From contig NW_003314262.1 in NCBI RefSeq assembly GCF_000143415.4, forward strand, positions 231,673 to 295,672: a stretch of 64,000 nucleotides of DNA, given 5' to 3'. Origin of the DNA: Selaginella moellendorffii (Eukaryota > Plantae > Lycopodiophyta). This document shows, in pieces, positions 63,448 through 64,000 of this stretch. Position 1 is the first letter of the stretch. Each line of letters begins with the position of its first letter. The notes below the pieces were generated by a model. It was given only the letters and a program-made list of their open reading frames with translations, had not been told where the DNA came from and ran no database searches. The translations under genes and the position numbers were made by a program.

Positions 63448-64000
63448 AGCCCTTCCTTTGTAGATTTATTTATGTTTAGCATCTTCGTCTTCCTGCAAGG
63501 TGTTATGCTTCTCAAAGCAAGGAGAACTTACGTAAATGGCTCTAGCACAGGCGCTTCACTTCGACCGAGATCTCACAGTATAAAAAACAAGAGCTTGTCA
63601 GAATTTCTATAACCCTCTCTCACCATTTCTCTTACGATCCCCGCGGCTCAGCTCTCCCATATCCAACCAAGCATTCTACAATAAACTCGTAACAAGAACA
63701 GAAAAATAGATCTTTTCAGTACCTGATTCGCAATGACCGCCATTTCTCAACACGAAGAAGCTACACCAAACACACTTGAGCACAAGAAGGCTACAAATCT
63801 CGTTCTACCGCTTGCTGGTTCTCCTGGAATCGGGTGTGTTAACCGCCAGTTTCGATGGCGATGATTATGAATTTTCATACAGCAAGAATTCAAACAAAGA
63901 AACAAAACTTGAATAGAAAGTACCAGCATCCAATTGAAACCTGCGGAGCGGAAGGTGATATGTAAGCAAAAGAAGACAGAAAGAAGACTCACGGGGCATG

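Overview
Eukaryotic nuclear DNA from a land plant. The tiny 45-80 nt introns and tight gene spacing suggest a compact lycophyte genome such as Selaginella (inference). Region 1-8.7 kb is gene-dense: an intronless sarcosine-oxidase-like flavoprotein, an ASR/ABA-WDS-like protein, cytosolic FBPase (5' end in a gap), RPS5 and a DUF604/Fringe-like glycosyltransferase. Region 8.7-14 kb is AT-rich and holds a secreted bulb-lectin chimera broken by one stop. Region 14.2-56.3 kb is a nested cluster of at least four Ty3/gypsy LTR families. Family A is non-coding and LARD-like (three copies, one nested in another). Family B is a chromovirus (one near-complete copy, one truncated copy, one solo LTR). Family C is a decayed chromovirus, and family D survives as remnants. 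Region 56.3-64 kb has repeats and an uncharacterised multi-exon gene. Two observations stand out. (1) The integrase of chromovirus B is interrupted by two sense-strand GT-AG introns (46 and 52 nt) whose removal exactly restores conserved motifs and the frame; one lies just before the catalytic Glu. (2) Families A and B share a covarying structured RNA module (T-loop hairpins, a GACA tetraloop and a four-way junction) upstream of an identical PPT.
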